Assembly: GCA_046482875.1 (NCBI GenBank)
Contig: JAWOEG010000019.1
Coordinates: forward strand, 9,605-73,604
Reading direction: 5' to 3'
DNA length: 64,000 nt
From: Eubacteriales bacterium
GTDB lineage: Bacteria; Bacillota; Clostridia; Tissierellales; Dethiosulfatibacteraceae
Shown: one piece after another, positions 46,372-55,326 of the stretch
How the letters are laid out: every line of letters begins with the position of its first letter
Numbering within the stretch: position 1 is the stretch's first letter
The notes under the pieces: model-generated
What the model saw: only the letters and a program-made list of their open reading frames with translations
Databases searched by the model: none
Told to the model about the DNA's origin: nothing
Translations under genes and position numbers: made by a program

Positions 46372-47727
46372 ATGAGAGATTTTAATGAGTTGAAAACTAA
46401 AATATTTAATCAAGCAAAAGAATCTGGTATAGAAGATGTAGAAATTTACTATTCTCAAGGGAGAGATCTTAGCATCAAAGTTTTTGAAAAAGAAATAGAC
46501 GGATATAAACTGGCTGAAGCGGAAGGACTAGCCTTGAGAGGAAAGTATAATGGCGAGATGGGTTATTCTTATACAGAAAAAGTAGATGAAACTTCTGTTG
46601 ATTTCCTAGTTGAAAATCTTATAGAAAATGCAAAAAATATTGATAGAGAAGATAAAGAAGAAATATTTGAAGGAGCAAAAGAATACAAGGAAGTAAATAA
46701 TTTTAACACTAGTTTAGAAAAAATAGAAGAAATGGAAAAAATAAATTTTGTTAAAAACTTGGAAAAAGCATCCTTAGAAATAGATGATAGAATTAAATCT
46801 ATACAGGATTGTGTTTATGGAGACGGATTCAGCGAAACCATAATATCAAATACTAAAGGATTAGATATTAAAGATAGATCAAATTTAGCATATGCATATG
46901 TTGCATTAGTAGCAAAAGAAGGAAAAGACATACAAAGTGGATTTGCCTATAAGGTAACAAATAATTTTAGCGAGTTAAACTACAAAGATATAGCTAAAGA
47001 AGCTGTAGAAGAGGCTATATCAATGTTAGGTGCCAAAAGCATTAAATCCGGGAGATATCCTATTATATTAAGGAATAATGCATCGGCAGATATTCTTCAA
47101 GCTTTTACCTCGGTTTTTTCAGCGGAAAGAGTACAAAAGAACCTTTCTTTATTAAAAGGTAAACTGAAGAAAAAAATAGCGTCAGAGAAAATCACCCTAA
47201 TAGATGATCCTTTTATGGAAAAAGGATATGCATCTTCAGCTTTTGATAGTGAAGGAGTTCCTACAAAGGAAAAAAATATAATTGAAAAGGGAGTCCTAAA
47301 TACATACCTACACAATTTAAAAACTGCCTTAAAGGATGGTGTGGATAGTACAGGAAATGCCAGTAGAAGCTCATATAAGTCTTCAATTGGTATATCTCCT
47401 ACAAATATGTATATAGAGCCCGGAGAGAAAAAGTTAGACGCCTTAATAAGTGGGGTAGAAGAAGGTTTAATGATTACAGATGTCCAGGGCCTTCATGCAG
47501 GTTTAAATCCTATATCCGGTGATTTTTCATTATCGGCTCAAGGATTTTTAATAAAAAAGGGAGAAATCAAAGAGCCTGTAAATCAAATAACTATTTCAGG
47601 CAATTTTCTTCAAATGCTAAGTAACGTAGAAGAAATAGGTAAAGATTTGAGATTTGGTTTACCATCAAGTTCTTATATAGGTTCGCCTTCATTGAAGATT
47701 AAAAATCTTGATGTAGCAGGAGAATAA
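46372..47727 (+). CDS. pmbA: PmbA/TldE-family protein (partner of TldD)
   Basis: 451-aa TldD/PmbA-fold paralog lacking the HExxxGH motif. It starts immediately after the tldD stop. Confidence 0.85.
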   Translation: MRDFNELKTKIFNQAKESGIEDVEIYYSQGRDLSIKVFEKEIDGYKLAEAEGLALRGKYNGEMGYSYTEKVDETSVDFLVENLIENAKNIDREDKEEIFEGAKEYKEVNNFNTSLEKIEEMEKINFVKNLEKASLEIDDRIKSIQDCVYGDGFSETIISNTKGLDIKDRSNLAYAYVALVAKEGKDIQSGFAYKVTNNFSELNYKDIAKEAVEEAISMLGAKSIKSGRYPIILRNNASADILQAFTSVFSAERVQKNLSLLKGKLKKKIASEKITLIDDPFMEKGYASSAFDSEGVPTKEKNIIEKGVLNTYLHNLKTALKDGVDSTGNASRSSYKSSIGISPTNMYIEPGEKKLDALISGVEEGLMITDVQGLHAGLNPISGDFSLSAQGFLIKKGEIKEPVNQITISGNFLQMLSNVEEIGKDLRFGLPSSSYIGSPSLKIKNLDVAGE

Positions 47728-47737
47728 AGAAAATCGC

Positions 47738-47766
47738 TTGACACAAGTGTAATAATGAAGTATACT
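47738..47766 (+). promoter_or_regulatory. sigma-A promoter
   Basis: TTGACA (47738-47743), a 17-nt spacer, then TATACT (47761-47766). Confidence 0.55.
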
Positions 47767-47781
47767 AAGCTAAATGGTAAT

Positions 47782-47796
47782 TGATACTGATTATCA
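47782..47796 (+). promoter_or_regulatory. Fur box (7-1-7 inverted repeat)
   Basis: TGATACT-G-ATTATCA differs at one position from the Bacillus-type Fur 7-1-7 consensus TGATAAT-N-ATTATCA. It lies just downstream of the predicted -10 and upstream of the Cys-rich peptide gene. Confidence 0.65.
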
Positions 47797-47821
47797 TTTA
47801 ATACTTTTGAGGAGAATAGAT

Positions 47822-47983
47822 ATGATAAATTACATAATAGGAGCTTTGGTTTTAATACCAGCAGCTTATATTGTTTATAAAAAACTTAAAGATATAAAGA
47901 ACGGCGACAATGCTTGTTCTTCAGGAGGAGGATGCAGTAGTTGTGCATTTAACAGTCAATGCGGATCAGATAAAGCTAATTGA
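47822..47983 (+). CDS. FeoB-associated-type Cys-rich small membrane protein (53 aa)
   Basis: MINYIIGALVLIPAAYIVYKKLKDIKNGDNACSSGGGCSSCAFNSQCGSDKAN has one N-terminal TM helix, a basic stretch and a Gly/Ser/Cys-rich tail, which is the architecture of that family. The start at ATG 47822 sits behind GAGGAG. The track start 47774 overlaps the Fur box. Confidence 0.65.
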   Translation: MINYIIGALVLIPAAYIVYKKLKDIKNGDNACSSGGGCSSCAFNSQCGSDKAN

Positions 47984-48246
47984 GAAAATTTAACTGATCT
48001 TCCCTATAGGGTTCTAAGCATTTAGAAGAATTATTAGATGTACTGTTAACATATGTAGATACTTTATATTTATGGAAAGAATTATTTGAGAATGGCTCAA
48101 ACATGTCTAAATTATTAAAGTTTTTTAGATTTTGGGATAGCCATTCTTTTTTGTTGGATTCTTTTTTTATGACAGGCATAGGATTATGTATGTCTTTATA
48201 ATAACAAAAAATAATTTTTAGTCAAAGAAAAATCAAACAGTAGAAT

Positions 48247-48275
48247 TTGACAAAACTCATAAAATAGAATACTAT
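48247..48275 (+). promoter_or_regulatory. sigma-A promoter of the DUF134/NifX/MinD-ferredoxin cluster
   Basis: TTGACA (48247-48252), a 17-nt spacer, then TACTAT (48270-48275). An overlapping TATAAT lies at 48273-48278. Confidence 0.5.
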
Positions 48276-48312
48276 AATAATGAGCATATGCACATAATAA
48301 AGAGGTGGTTAT

Positions 48313-49065
48313 ATGTCTAGGCCAAAAAAGTTTAGAAAAGTAGCGTACATACCTGAAAACTTAGAATTCAAGCCTAAAATTGATACAAATGTAGTGGTTT
48401 ATTTAAGTATAGTAGAATTAGAAGCCATGAGATTATCGGACATGGAAGAAATGGATCAGATAAAAGCGGCTGAAGAGATGAAAGTATCAAGAGGTACTTA
48501 CCAAAGGATTATATCTTCTGGAAGAAAAAAAATTTCAAATGCTTTAATTAATGGAAAAAAAATCAAAATAAGTGGTGGTAACTATGTTTTCAATTGTGGA
48601 AGTAGTGCCTGTGATAAAAAGTGCGATAAGTATCAAGGAGGAAAATGTTTAAGGTGGCATAAAGCAAAAATAAATAATAAAAAGGAGAATTTGATAATGA
48701 GAATAGCAGTACCAGCAAAAGGTAGAAATTTAAATAGTAAAGTAGAGGATGTTTTTGGAAGGACACAAATATTTCTTGTAGTTGATGTAGAAACAAAGGA
48801 ATTTGATGTCATAGAAAATGATGGAGCTTCAGCAGCTGGAGGAGCAGGTATAACTGCGGCACAGTGTGTTGCTGATAGTGGAGCGGATGCAGTAGTTACA
48901 TACCAATGTGGTAAAAATGCAGCAGACGTATTAGGTTCAGCAAATATTAAAATTTTAAAAGCTGAAGATATTACAGTTGAAAAAATTATAGACAAATACA
49001 ACAAAGGAGAATTAGAAGTACTCCAAGAAGTCCATTCAGGATTTCACAGACACGGAGGTAAATAA
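48313..49065 (+). CDS. DUF134 (UPF0251) HTH protein fused through a Cys-rich linker to a NifX/NifB-C-like (dinitrogenase FeMo-cofactor-binding fold) domain
   Basis: The N-terminus MSRPKKFRKVAYIPENLEFKP...LSIVELEAMRLSDMEEMDQIKAAEEMKVSRGTYQRII is typical of DUF134, a sigma-70 region 4-like HTH. The linker is CGSSACDKKCDKYQGGKC. The C-terminal half, MRIAVPAKGRNLNSKVEDVFGRTQIFLVVDVE...ADAVVTYQCGKNAADVL, has the NifX-like fold pattern. Confidence 0.75.
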   Translation: MSRPKKFRKVAYIPENLEFKPKIDTNVVVYLSIVELEAMRLSDMEEMDQIKAAEEMKVSRGTYQRIISSGRKKISNALINGKKIKISGGNYVFNCGSSACDKKCDKYQGGKCLRWHKAKINNKKENLIMRIAVPAKGRNLNSKVEDVFGRTQIFLVVDVETKEFDVIENDGASAAGGAGITAAQCVADSGADAVVTYQCGKNAADVLGSANIKILKAEDITVEKIIDKYNKGELEVLQEVHSGFHRHGGK

Positions 49066-49940
49066 TGAAAATATCAGTATTAAGTGGAAAAGGGGGAACA
49101 GGTAAAACTTTTTTATCAGTCAATCTAGCACAAGTAGCATCAAATAGTGTTTATATCGATTGTGATGTAGAAGAGCCTAACGGCAACCTTTTCCTGAAGG
49201 CAAAGGATTCTAAAATAGAAAACGTGGATGTACCAGTACCTGTTTTTGATCAAGAAAAATGTACCGGATGTAAAGAATGTGTAGATTTTTGTGAATTTAA
49301 TGCTCTTGCTTATGTAGGAGGGAAAATCAAAATATTTAAGGAACTATGCCATTCTTGTGGAGGATGTACTCTATTATGTCCAGAAAAGGCAATCAAGGAA
49401 GTTGATAGAAACATAGGCAAGGTTGAAGTTGGAAAATCTGGAAATATAAAAGTGAAAACTGGAGAACTTAATATTGGAGAGGCAACGGGAGTTCCAATAA
49501 TAGAAAAATTACTTGAAGATATGGATTACAGTAAAAATAATATAGTAGATTGCCCTCCAGGTAGTTCTTGTCAGGTTATGGAAAGTATAAAGGGAAGCGA
49601 CTACGCTTTACTTGTAATTGAGCCTACAAAATTTGGAGTTCACAATATAAATCTTGTTTATGAATTAGTAAAAATATTTGATATTCCATACGGTGCAGTT
49701 ATAAATAAAGATATGGGGGATTCCGAAATTGCTGAAAAATTTTGTGAGGAAAATAATATAAAGTTATTAGGTAAAATTCCCTACGACGAAGAAATGGGAA
49801 AATTAATTTCAGATGGCCATATTGTAGCTAGAGAAAGGGAAAAGTTTGAAAGAATATTTAAGGATATTTTTGATAAAATTAAAATTGAAGCAATAGCTAA
49901 AAAGGTTTTAGATAAAATTGAAGAGGAGGTAAAACAATGA
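49065..49940 (+). CDS. MinD/ParA-superfamily P-loop ATPase with inserted 2x[4Fe-4S] ferredoxin domain
   Basis: Deviant Walker A SGKGGTGKT and two CxxCxxCxxxC(P) motifs (CTGCKECVDFC, CHSCGGCTLLCP). Its start overlaps the upstream stop (TAATG). Confidence 0.85.
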   Translation: MKISVLSGKGGTGKTFLSVNLAQVASNSVYIDCDVEEPNGNLFLKAKDSKIENVDVPVPVFDQEKCTGCKECVDFCEFNALAYVGGKIKIFKELCHSCGGCTLLCPEKAIKEVDRNIGKVEVGKSGNIKVKTGELNIGEATGVPIIEKLLEDMDYSKNNIVDCPPGSSCQVMESIKGSDYALLVIEPTKFGVHNINLVYELVKIFDIPYGAVINKDMGDSEIAEKFCEENNIKLLGKIPYDEEMGKLISDGHIVAREREKFERIFKDIFDKIKIEAIAKKVLDKIEEEVKQ

Positions 49941-50821
49941 AGCAGTTGGTTATCTTAAGCGGAAAAGGCGGTACAGGCAAGACAACATTGGCAGTATCTC
50001 TAATAAAACTATCAAAAAATAAAATGTTTGCCGACTGTGATGTTGATGCTCCTAATGTTAAGCTAATATTTGAAAACAACGAAATTTTAGAAGAAAAACC
50101 CTACTTTGGACTTAAGAAAGCTTTTAAATATGATGATATATGCATAGATTGTGGAAAATGTGAAGAACTTTGCAGATTTAATGCAATAAAAGATGGAGTT
50201 GTAAATATTAATTATTGCGAAGGTTGTGGAGTGTGTGAAAGGTTTTGTCCTGTTACAGATGATAAGGGAAGAAAAGCTATTAGAATGGAAGATGATTCTT
50301 CAGGAACAACAAGAGTTGAAAAATTGAATAATGAATTTTTTTCAAATGCAAATTTGAAAATAGGAAATGGTGCATCTGGTAAACTGGTAACCGAAGTTAG
50401 AAAAAACATGTATAGTTTTAAAACGAATGAAGAATTAGCAATAATAGATGGGTCTCCAGGTATAGGATGTCCCGTTATAGCTTCTTTGACAGGAATTGAA
50501 TACTGTATATTAGTTGCAGAACCCTCAATATCCGGAATTCATGATATGATTAGAATACTTGAAACATCAAGAAGTTTTAATACTAAATGTTTTATAGTAG
50601 TTAATAAATACGATAATAACTTTGAAAAGACAAAGGAAATTGAAAAAATAGCAAAAGAAAAGAATATAGAAATACTTGGTAAAATACCCTTTGATAAAAG
50701 TGTTGTAAAAATTACAAATGAAGGGAAACCGGTAGTAGATAATCCAGATACTAAAGCAGCTAAAGAAATAATAGGCATCTGGAATAAATTAAAAAATAGA
50801 TTAGATTTAGAAAATCAATAG
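49937..50821 (+). CDS. MinD/ParA-superfamily P-loop ATPase with inserted ferredoxin domain (paralog)
   Basis: SGKGGTGKT Walker A, with the Cys motifs CIDCGKCEELC and CEGCGVCERFCP. It overlaps the preceding gene by 4 nt. Confidence 0.85.
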   Translation: MKQLVILSGKGGTGKTTLAVSLIKLSKNKMFADCDVDAPNVKLIFENNEILEEKPYFGLKKAFKYDDICIDCGKCEELCRFNAIKDGVVNINYCEGCGVCERFCPVTDDKGRKAIRMEDDSSGTTRVEKLNNEFFSNANLKIGNGASGKLVTEVRKNMYSFKTNEELAIIDGSPGIGCPVIASLTGIEYCILVAEPSISGIHDMIRILETSRSFNTKCFIVVNKYDNNFEKTKEIEKIAKEKNIEILGKIPFDKSVVKITNEGKPVVDNPDTKAAKEIIGIWNKLKNRLDLENQ

Positions 50822-50832
50822 GAGGATTAGTT

Positions 50833-51198
50833 ATGAAAAAAATTGCAATAGCAACAGAAGGGCAAAAGGTATCACAACATTTTGGTTACTGTGAAGGTTT
50901 TAAAATATCCGAAATAGAAGATAATAAAGTGGTTAATGAAGATTTCCTAAAAAATCCCGGACATCAGCCTGGTTTACTACCTAAACTTTTATCAGAAAAA
51001 GGTGTAGATTTAGTAATTTCAGGAGGAATGGGCGGAAATGCTATAGCTATATTTAATGAGAACAACATCGATGTTATAACAGGAGCTTCTGGTGAACTTA
51101 GTAAGATTATAAATGATTACATTTCAGGAGAACTAATATCAGGTAGCAGTCCTTGCAGAGAGCATGTGCACCAAGGTAATGGAATGAGTAAACATTAA
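50833..51198 (+). CDS. NifX/NifB-C-like (dinitrogenase iron-molybdenum cofactor biosynthesis fold) small protein
   Basis: 121 aa. MKKIAIATEGQKVSQHFGYCEGFKISEIEDNKV...VDLVISGGMGGNAIAIFNENNIDVITG is the typical family pattern. The C-terminal tail contains Cys and His (SPCREHVHQG). Confidence 0.8.
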   Translation: MKKIAIATEGQKVSQHFGYCEGFKISEIEDNKVVNEDFLKNPGHQPGLLPKLLSEKGVDLVISGGMGGNAIAIFNENNIDVITGASGELSKIINDYISGELISGSSPCREHVHQGNGMSKH

Positions 51199-51220
51199 AT
51201 TCATAGACTTGACAAATTTT

Positions 51221-51255
51221 AAAATCTGTTACATTATAAGGTAACAGATTTTTTA
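51221..51255 (+). terminator. rho-independent terminator ending the cluster
   Basis: Stem AAAATCTGTTAC (51221-51232) / GTAACAGATTTT (51241-51252) followed by Ts. Confidence 0.8.
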
Positions 51256-51268
51256 ATGGAGAGATTTA

Positions 51269-52492
51269 ATGGATAAAAAAAAGGTTATAATTATAGGCGG
51301 AGGAGCATCTGGGTTAGTAGCTGCAATTTCAGCATCACGACGTGGATTCCAGGTAGATATTTTAGAAAAAAACGACAGAGTAGGTAAAAAAATTCTTGCA
51401 ACAGGAAATGGTAGATGTAACTATTCTAACACTAATATTTCAAGTTATAATTACTACAGCAATAATAAAAGAATTGTAGATAATATAATAGATAGATTTA
51501 CACCTGAAAGAATAGTAGGATTTTTCAAAGAACTGGGAATTCAGGAATATGTAGATAATACAGGGAAAATCTATCCTAATTCTTTGCAGGCTTCAAGTGT
51601 CCTTGATGTATTAAGAATGGAATGCAAATATTTAGGTGTTAAAGAAATTTGTAACAGTGAAGTAGTTGATATTTCAAAACGGGATGATAAATTCAAAATA
51701 AAAACAGCTGAGGATACTTATACTTGTGATAAAGTGGTGGCAGCCTTTGGTGGAAAGGCCAGTCCTCAATTATCCTCCGAAGGCACTGGATACGATATAA
51801 TGGAAAAATTAGGACACAGTATTATACCAATTTTTCCTGGATTAGTTCAGCTAAACCTTGATAGCAAATACTTAAAAAGGTTATCAGGGATAAAAGTGGA
51901 TGGAGAAATTTCAATTCAAATTGATGGAAGTGATATAAAAAAGGATTCTGGAGAAATACTATTTACTAATTACGGAATATCAGGGCCACCGGTTTTACAG
52001 CTTAGCAGGCATTGCGTAAACATGATAGAGAATAATAAAAAAGTAGTTATAAAACTGGATGTTTTTCCTAAATATGATAAGAATGAATTATTCCAACTTT
52101 TAAAAAATAGATTTATTAATATGAAATATAAAACTATTAGAGAATCCTTTATAGGACTTATAAATAAGGGTCTCATTGATGTAGTATTGAAAGAATCAGC
52201 CATACAAAAAACTAACATTCCTGGAACAAAATTTAAAACTAAGGATATATATAAAATAGTAAATACTCTTAAAGAATGGGAATTTGAAGTTCTAGGACCA
52301 TACTACTGGGAGCATGCTCAAATAACTGCAGGTGGAGTAAAAACTGGTGAAATAAATTCTGAAACTATGGAATCTAAATTAATTGAGAACCTGTATATAA
52401 TAGGAGAATTAATGGATGTAGACGGAGATTGTGGAGGCTACAATCTTCATTGGGCATGGGCTACAGGATACACAGCAGGAAGGAGCTTATAG
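51269..52492 (+). CDS. HI0933/YhiN-family NAD(P)/FAD-dependent oxidoreductase
   Basis: 407 aa. The N-terminal dinucleotide fold VIIIGGGASGLVAA, then KKILATGNGRCNYSN and C-terminal LYIIGELMDVDGDCGGYNL, are hallmarks of the family. Confidence 0.85.
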   Translation: MDKKKVIIIGGGASGLVAAISASRRGFQVDILEKNDRVGKKILATGNGRCNYSNTNISSYNYYSNNKRIVDNIIDRFTPERIVGFFKELGIQEYVDNTGKIYPNSLQASSVLDVLRMECKYLGVKEICNSEVVDISKRDDKFKIKTAEDTYTCDKVVAAFGGKASPQLSSEGTGYDIMEKLGHSIIPIFPGLVQLNLDSKYLKRLSGIKVDGEISIQIDGSDIKKDSGEILFTNYGISGPPVLQLSRHCVNMIENNKKVVIKLDVFPKYDKNELFQLLKNRFINMKYKTIRESFIGLINKGLIDVVLKESAIQKTNIPGTKFKTKDIYKIVNTLKEWEFEVLGPYYWEHAQITAGGVKTGEINSETMESKLIENLYIIGELMDVDGDCGGYNLHWAWATGYTAGRSL

Positions 52493-52587
52493 GCTCCTGT
52501 TTTCTTGTAAAAAGCCCTTAAAAATGTTAAAATATAGTTTGTGATAAAATTGATTAAACATAAAAATTTAGATAGATAGGTGGTTTT

Positions 52588-55326
52588 ATGAAAAATATTT
52601 TTGAAAAAATTTTTGGTTCTTATAGTAAAAGAGAAATTAAAAGAATAGATTCTATAGTTGACCAAATAGAAAACTTAGAGAAGAAAATTTCTAAACTAGA
52701 AGATCAAGAATTAAAAGGGAAAACAGAAGAATTCAAAGAAAGATTAAAAAATGGCGAAAGTTTAGATGATATACTTCCCGAAGCATATGCTGTAGTGAGG
52801 GAAGCATCTACTAGAGTTTTAGGTATGAAACACTTTAGAGTCCAATTGGTAGGGGGGATTATACTACATCAAGGTAGAATTTCCGAGATGAAAACAGGAG
52901 AAGGAAAAACATTAGCTGCAACATTGCCGGTTTACTTAAATGCATTAGAAGAAAAGGGAGTACATATTGTAACAGTTAATGATTATTTGGCAAAAAGAGA
53001 CAGAGATTGGATGGGTAAAATCTATAATTTCTTGGGATTATCTGTTGGATGCTTAATACATGGAATATCAAAAGAAGAAAGAAAACAATCATATCAGTCA
53101 GATATAACATATGGTACAAATAACGAATTTGGATTTGACTATTTGAGAGACAATATGATTATTAGAAAAGAAGATATGGTTCAAAGAGATTTAAACTACT
53201 GTATTATTGATGAAGTAGACAGTATATTAATAGATGAAGCAAGAACTCCTCTTATAATTTCAGGACAAGGAGATGAAAATACGAAGCTTTACTTCCAGGC
53301 AAATTCCTTTGCTAAAACCTTAAAAGGTAGAAAAAAAGATCCCGATGAAAAAATAGGTAAAATGGATATGATAATGGGGGAAGGCTACGAAGAAGAGACT
53401 GTAGACTTTATTATAGATGAAAAAGGCAAAAATGTAACTTTAACAGAAAAAGGAGTTACTAAAGCAGAGACTTACTTCAATATAGAAAATTTAGCAGAAC
53501 AAGATAATATGGAGTTAACTCATCATATAAATTCAGCATTAAAATCACAACATATAATGAAAAGAGATTCCGACTATATAGTAAAAGATGGAGAAGTAAT
53601 TATAGTAGATCAATTTACCGGTAGATTAATGCACGGTAGGAGATATTCTAATGGCCTTCATCAAGCTATAGAGGCAAAAGAAGGATTGGATATTAGAAGA
53701 GAATCAAAAACCCTCGCTACAATAACTTACCAAAACTTTTTCAGAATGTATAATAAATTAGCTGGTATGACTGGGACGGCAAAAACAGAGGAAGAAGAAT
53801 TTAGGGAAATATACGGAACAGATGTTGTAGAAATACCAACAAATAAACCTGTAATAAGAGATGATTTTCCAGATGTAATATATAAAAATGAAATAGGTAA
53901 ATATAATGCTGTAATTGAAGAAATAATTGAAAGAAATAAAAAAGGTCAGCCGGTACTTGTTGGTACTGTATCGATTGAAAGATCAGAACTTTTAAGTAAA
54001 CTACTTAGTAAAAAAGGTGTAAAGCATGAAGTTCTTAATGCTAAAAATCATGAAAAGGAAGCAGAAATAGTTGCTCAAGCAGGTAGGTATAAATCAGTTA
54101 CTATTGCCACTAATATGGCTGGTAGAGGTACCGATATTGTTTTGGGAGGAAATCCTGAACATATTGCAAAAACAAAACTAAAAGATAATGTTTCTGAAGA
54201 GATAGTAGCCCAAGCTGATGGATTTGACGACACAGATGACCCAGATGTAATAAATGCAAGGAAAATATATAGAAAAATATTAGAACAAGCAAAAAAAGAT
54301 TTAAAGGATGAAAATAGAAAAGTAATAGAAGCTGGAGGATTGGCAATAATAGGAACTGAAAGACACGAATCCAGAAGAATTGATAATCAACTTAGAGGAA
54401 GAGCTGGTAGACAGGGAGATCCTGGAACCTCAAGGTTTTATATTTCTTTAGAAGATGATCTTATGAGATTATTTGCAGGGGATAAGGTAAAAACAATAGT
54501 TGATACTTTAGGACTTCCTGAAAATGAGCCCCTTGAGCATAATATGCTTTCAAAATCAATTGAAACAGCTCAAGGAAGAGTAGAAGGACGAAACTTCAAC
54601 ATAAGAAAGCACGTTTTACAATATGATAACGTAATGAATAGGCAGAGAGAAGTTATTTACTCTGAAAGACGCAAAGTTCTCATGGGAGAAGATTTAAGAG
54701 ATTATATATTTACAATGGTTGAAGAAATAGTAGATGAAAATATGTCTTTATTTACTACGGACAAATATCCTGAAAACTGGGATATTGAAGGATATCAAAG
54801 GTTTTTAAGTAGCTTAGTAAATTCTCAAGTTAAATTTGAGATAGATAATATAGAAGGATTAACTAAAGAAAAACTAAGAGAAATGACATTTAAACTAATA
54901 GACAAAATTTATGAAAGAAAAGAAGAAGAATTTCAACCAGAAAGATTCAGAGAATTGGAAAGAATAGTTCTTTTGAAAACTGTAGATAGCAAGTGGATGG
55001 ATCATATCGATGCAATGGACCAGCTTAAGCAGGGAATAAACCTTAGGGCAATGGGTAACCAAGATCCAGTTAGAGCCTATACTAAAGAAGGCTTTGAGAT
55101 GTTTGAAGCTTTGATAGCAAGCATTAAAGAAGATACCGTTAAGATACTTCTTAGGATACAGGAAAAAGAAAATATAAAAAGACAAAGGGTTGCAAAAGTA
55201 ACAGGAACAAACAAAGATGATAAAGGGACCAAACAAAAAACTGTTGTCAAAGGGGATAAGGTAGGAAGAAATGACCCATGTCCATGCGGAAGCGGTAAAA
55301 AGTATAAAAAATGTTGTGGGAGATGA
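52588..55326 (+). CDS. secA: preprotein translocase ATPase SecA
   Basis: 912 aa with the DEAD-like motor ([38 protein letters not shown]) and a C-terminal zinc-binding tail [14 protein letters not shown]. Confidence 0.97.
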   Translation: MKNIFEKIFGSYSKREIKRIDSIVDQIENLEKKISKLEDQELKGKTEEFKERLKNGESLDDILPEAYAVVREASTRVLGMKHFRVQLVGGIILHQGRISEMKTGEGKTLAATLPVYLNALEEKGVHIVTVNDYLAKRDRDWMGKIYNFLGLSVGCLIHGISKEERKQSYQSDITYGTNNEFGFDYLRDNMIIRKEDMVQRDLNYCIIDEVDSILIDEARTPLIISGQGDENTKLYFQANSFAKTLKGRKKDPDEKIGKMDMIMGEGYEEETVDFIIDEKGKNVTLTEKGVTKAETYFNIENLAEQDNMELTHHINSALKSQHIMKRDSDYIVKDGEVIIVDQFTGRLMHGRRYSNGLHQAIEAKEGLDIRRESKTLATITYQNFFRMYNKLAGMTGTAKTEEEEFREIYGTDVVEIPTNKPVIRDDFPDVIYKNEIGKYNAVIEEIIERNKKGQPVLVGTVSIERSELLSKLLSKKGVKHEVLNAKNHEKEAEIVAQAGRYKSVTIATNMAGRGTDIVLGGNPEHIAKTKLKDNVSEEIVAQADGFDDTDDPDVINARKIYRKILEQAKKDLKDENRKVIEAGGLAIIGTERHESRRIDNQLRGRAGRQGDPGTSRFYISLEDDLMRLFAGDKVKTIVDTLGLPENEPLEHNMLSKSIETAQGRVEGRNFNIRKHVLQYDNVMNRQREVIYSERRKVLMGEDLRDYIFTMVEEIVDENMSLFTTDKYPENWDIEGYQRFLSSLVNSQVKFEIDNIEGLTKEKLREMTFKLIDKIYERKEEEFQPERFRELERIVLLKTVDSKWMDHIDAMDQLKQGINLRAMGNQDPVRAYTKEGFEMFEALIASIKEDTVKILLRIQEKENIKRQRVAKVTGTNKDDKGTKQKTVVKGDKVGRNDPCPCGSGKKYKKCCGR

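Noticed and set aside
44989-47983. TldD/PmbA plus a Gly/Ser/Cys-rich small peptide read as a microcin B17-like RiPP locus
   Set aside because: No cyclodehydratase/dehydrogenase (McbBCD-like), immunity or export genes are present. The peptide has its own promoter and Fur box, and it has an N-terminal TM helix typical of the FeoB-associated Cys-rich membrane protein family rather than a leader peptide.
47976-48179. 67-aa minus-strand ORF in the spacer before the DUF134 operon
   Set aside because: It has no Shine-Dalgarno sequence, is rich in Asn and Ser, and overlaps the convergent Cys-rich peptide gene by 8 nt. It is kept only as a note in a finding and is not called as a gene.
48313-51198. 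NifX/NifB-like domains read as a nitrogen-fixation (nif) cluster
   Set aside because: The window has no nifH, nifD, nifK or nifEN and no radical-SAM NifB core. Only the small cofactor-binding fold is present, and that fold is widespread outside diazotrophs.
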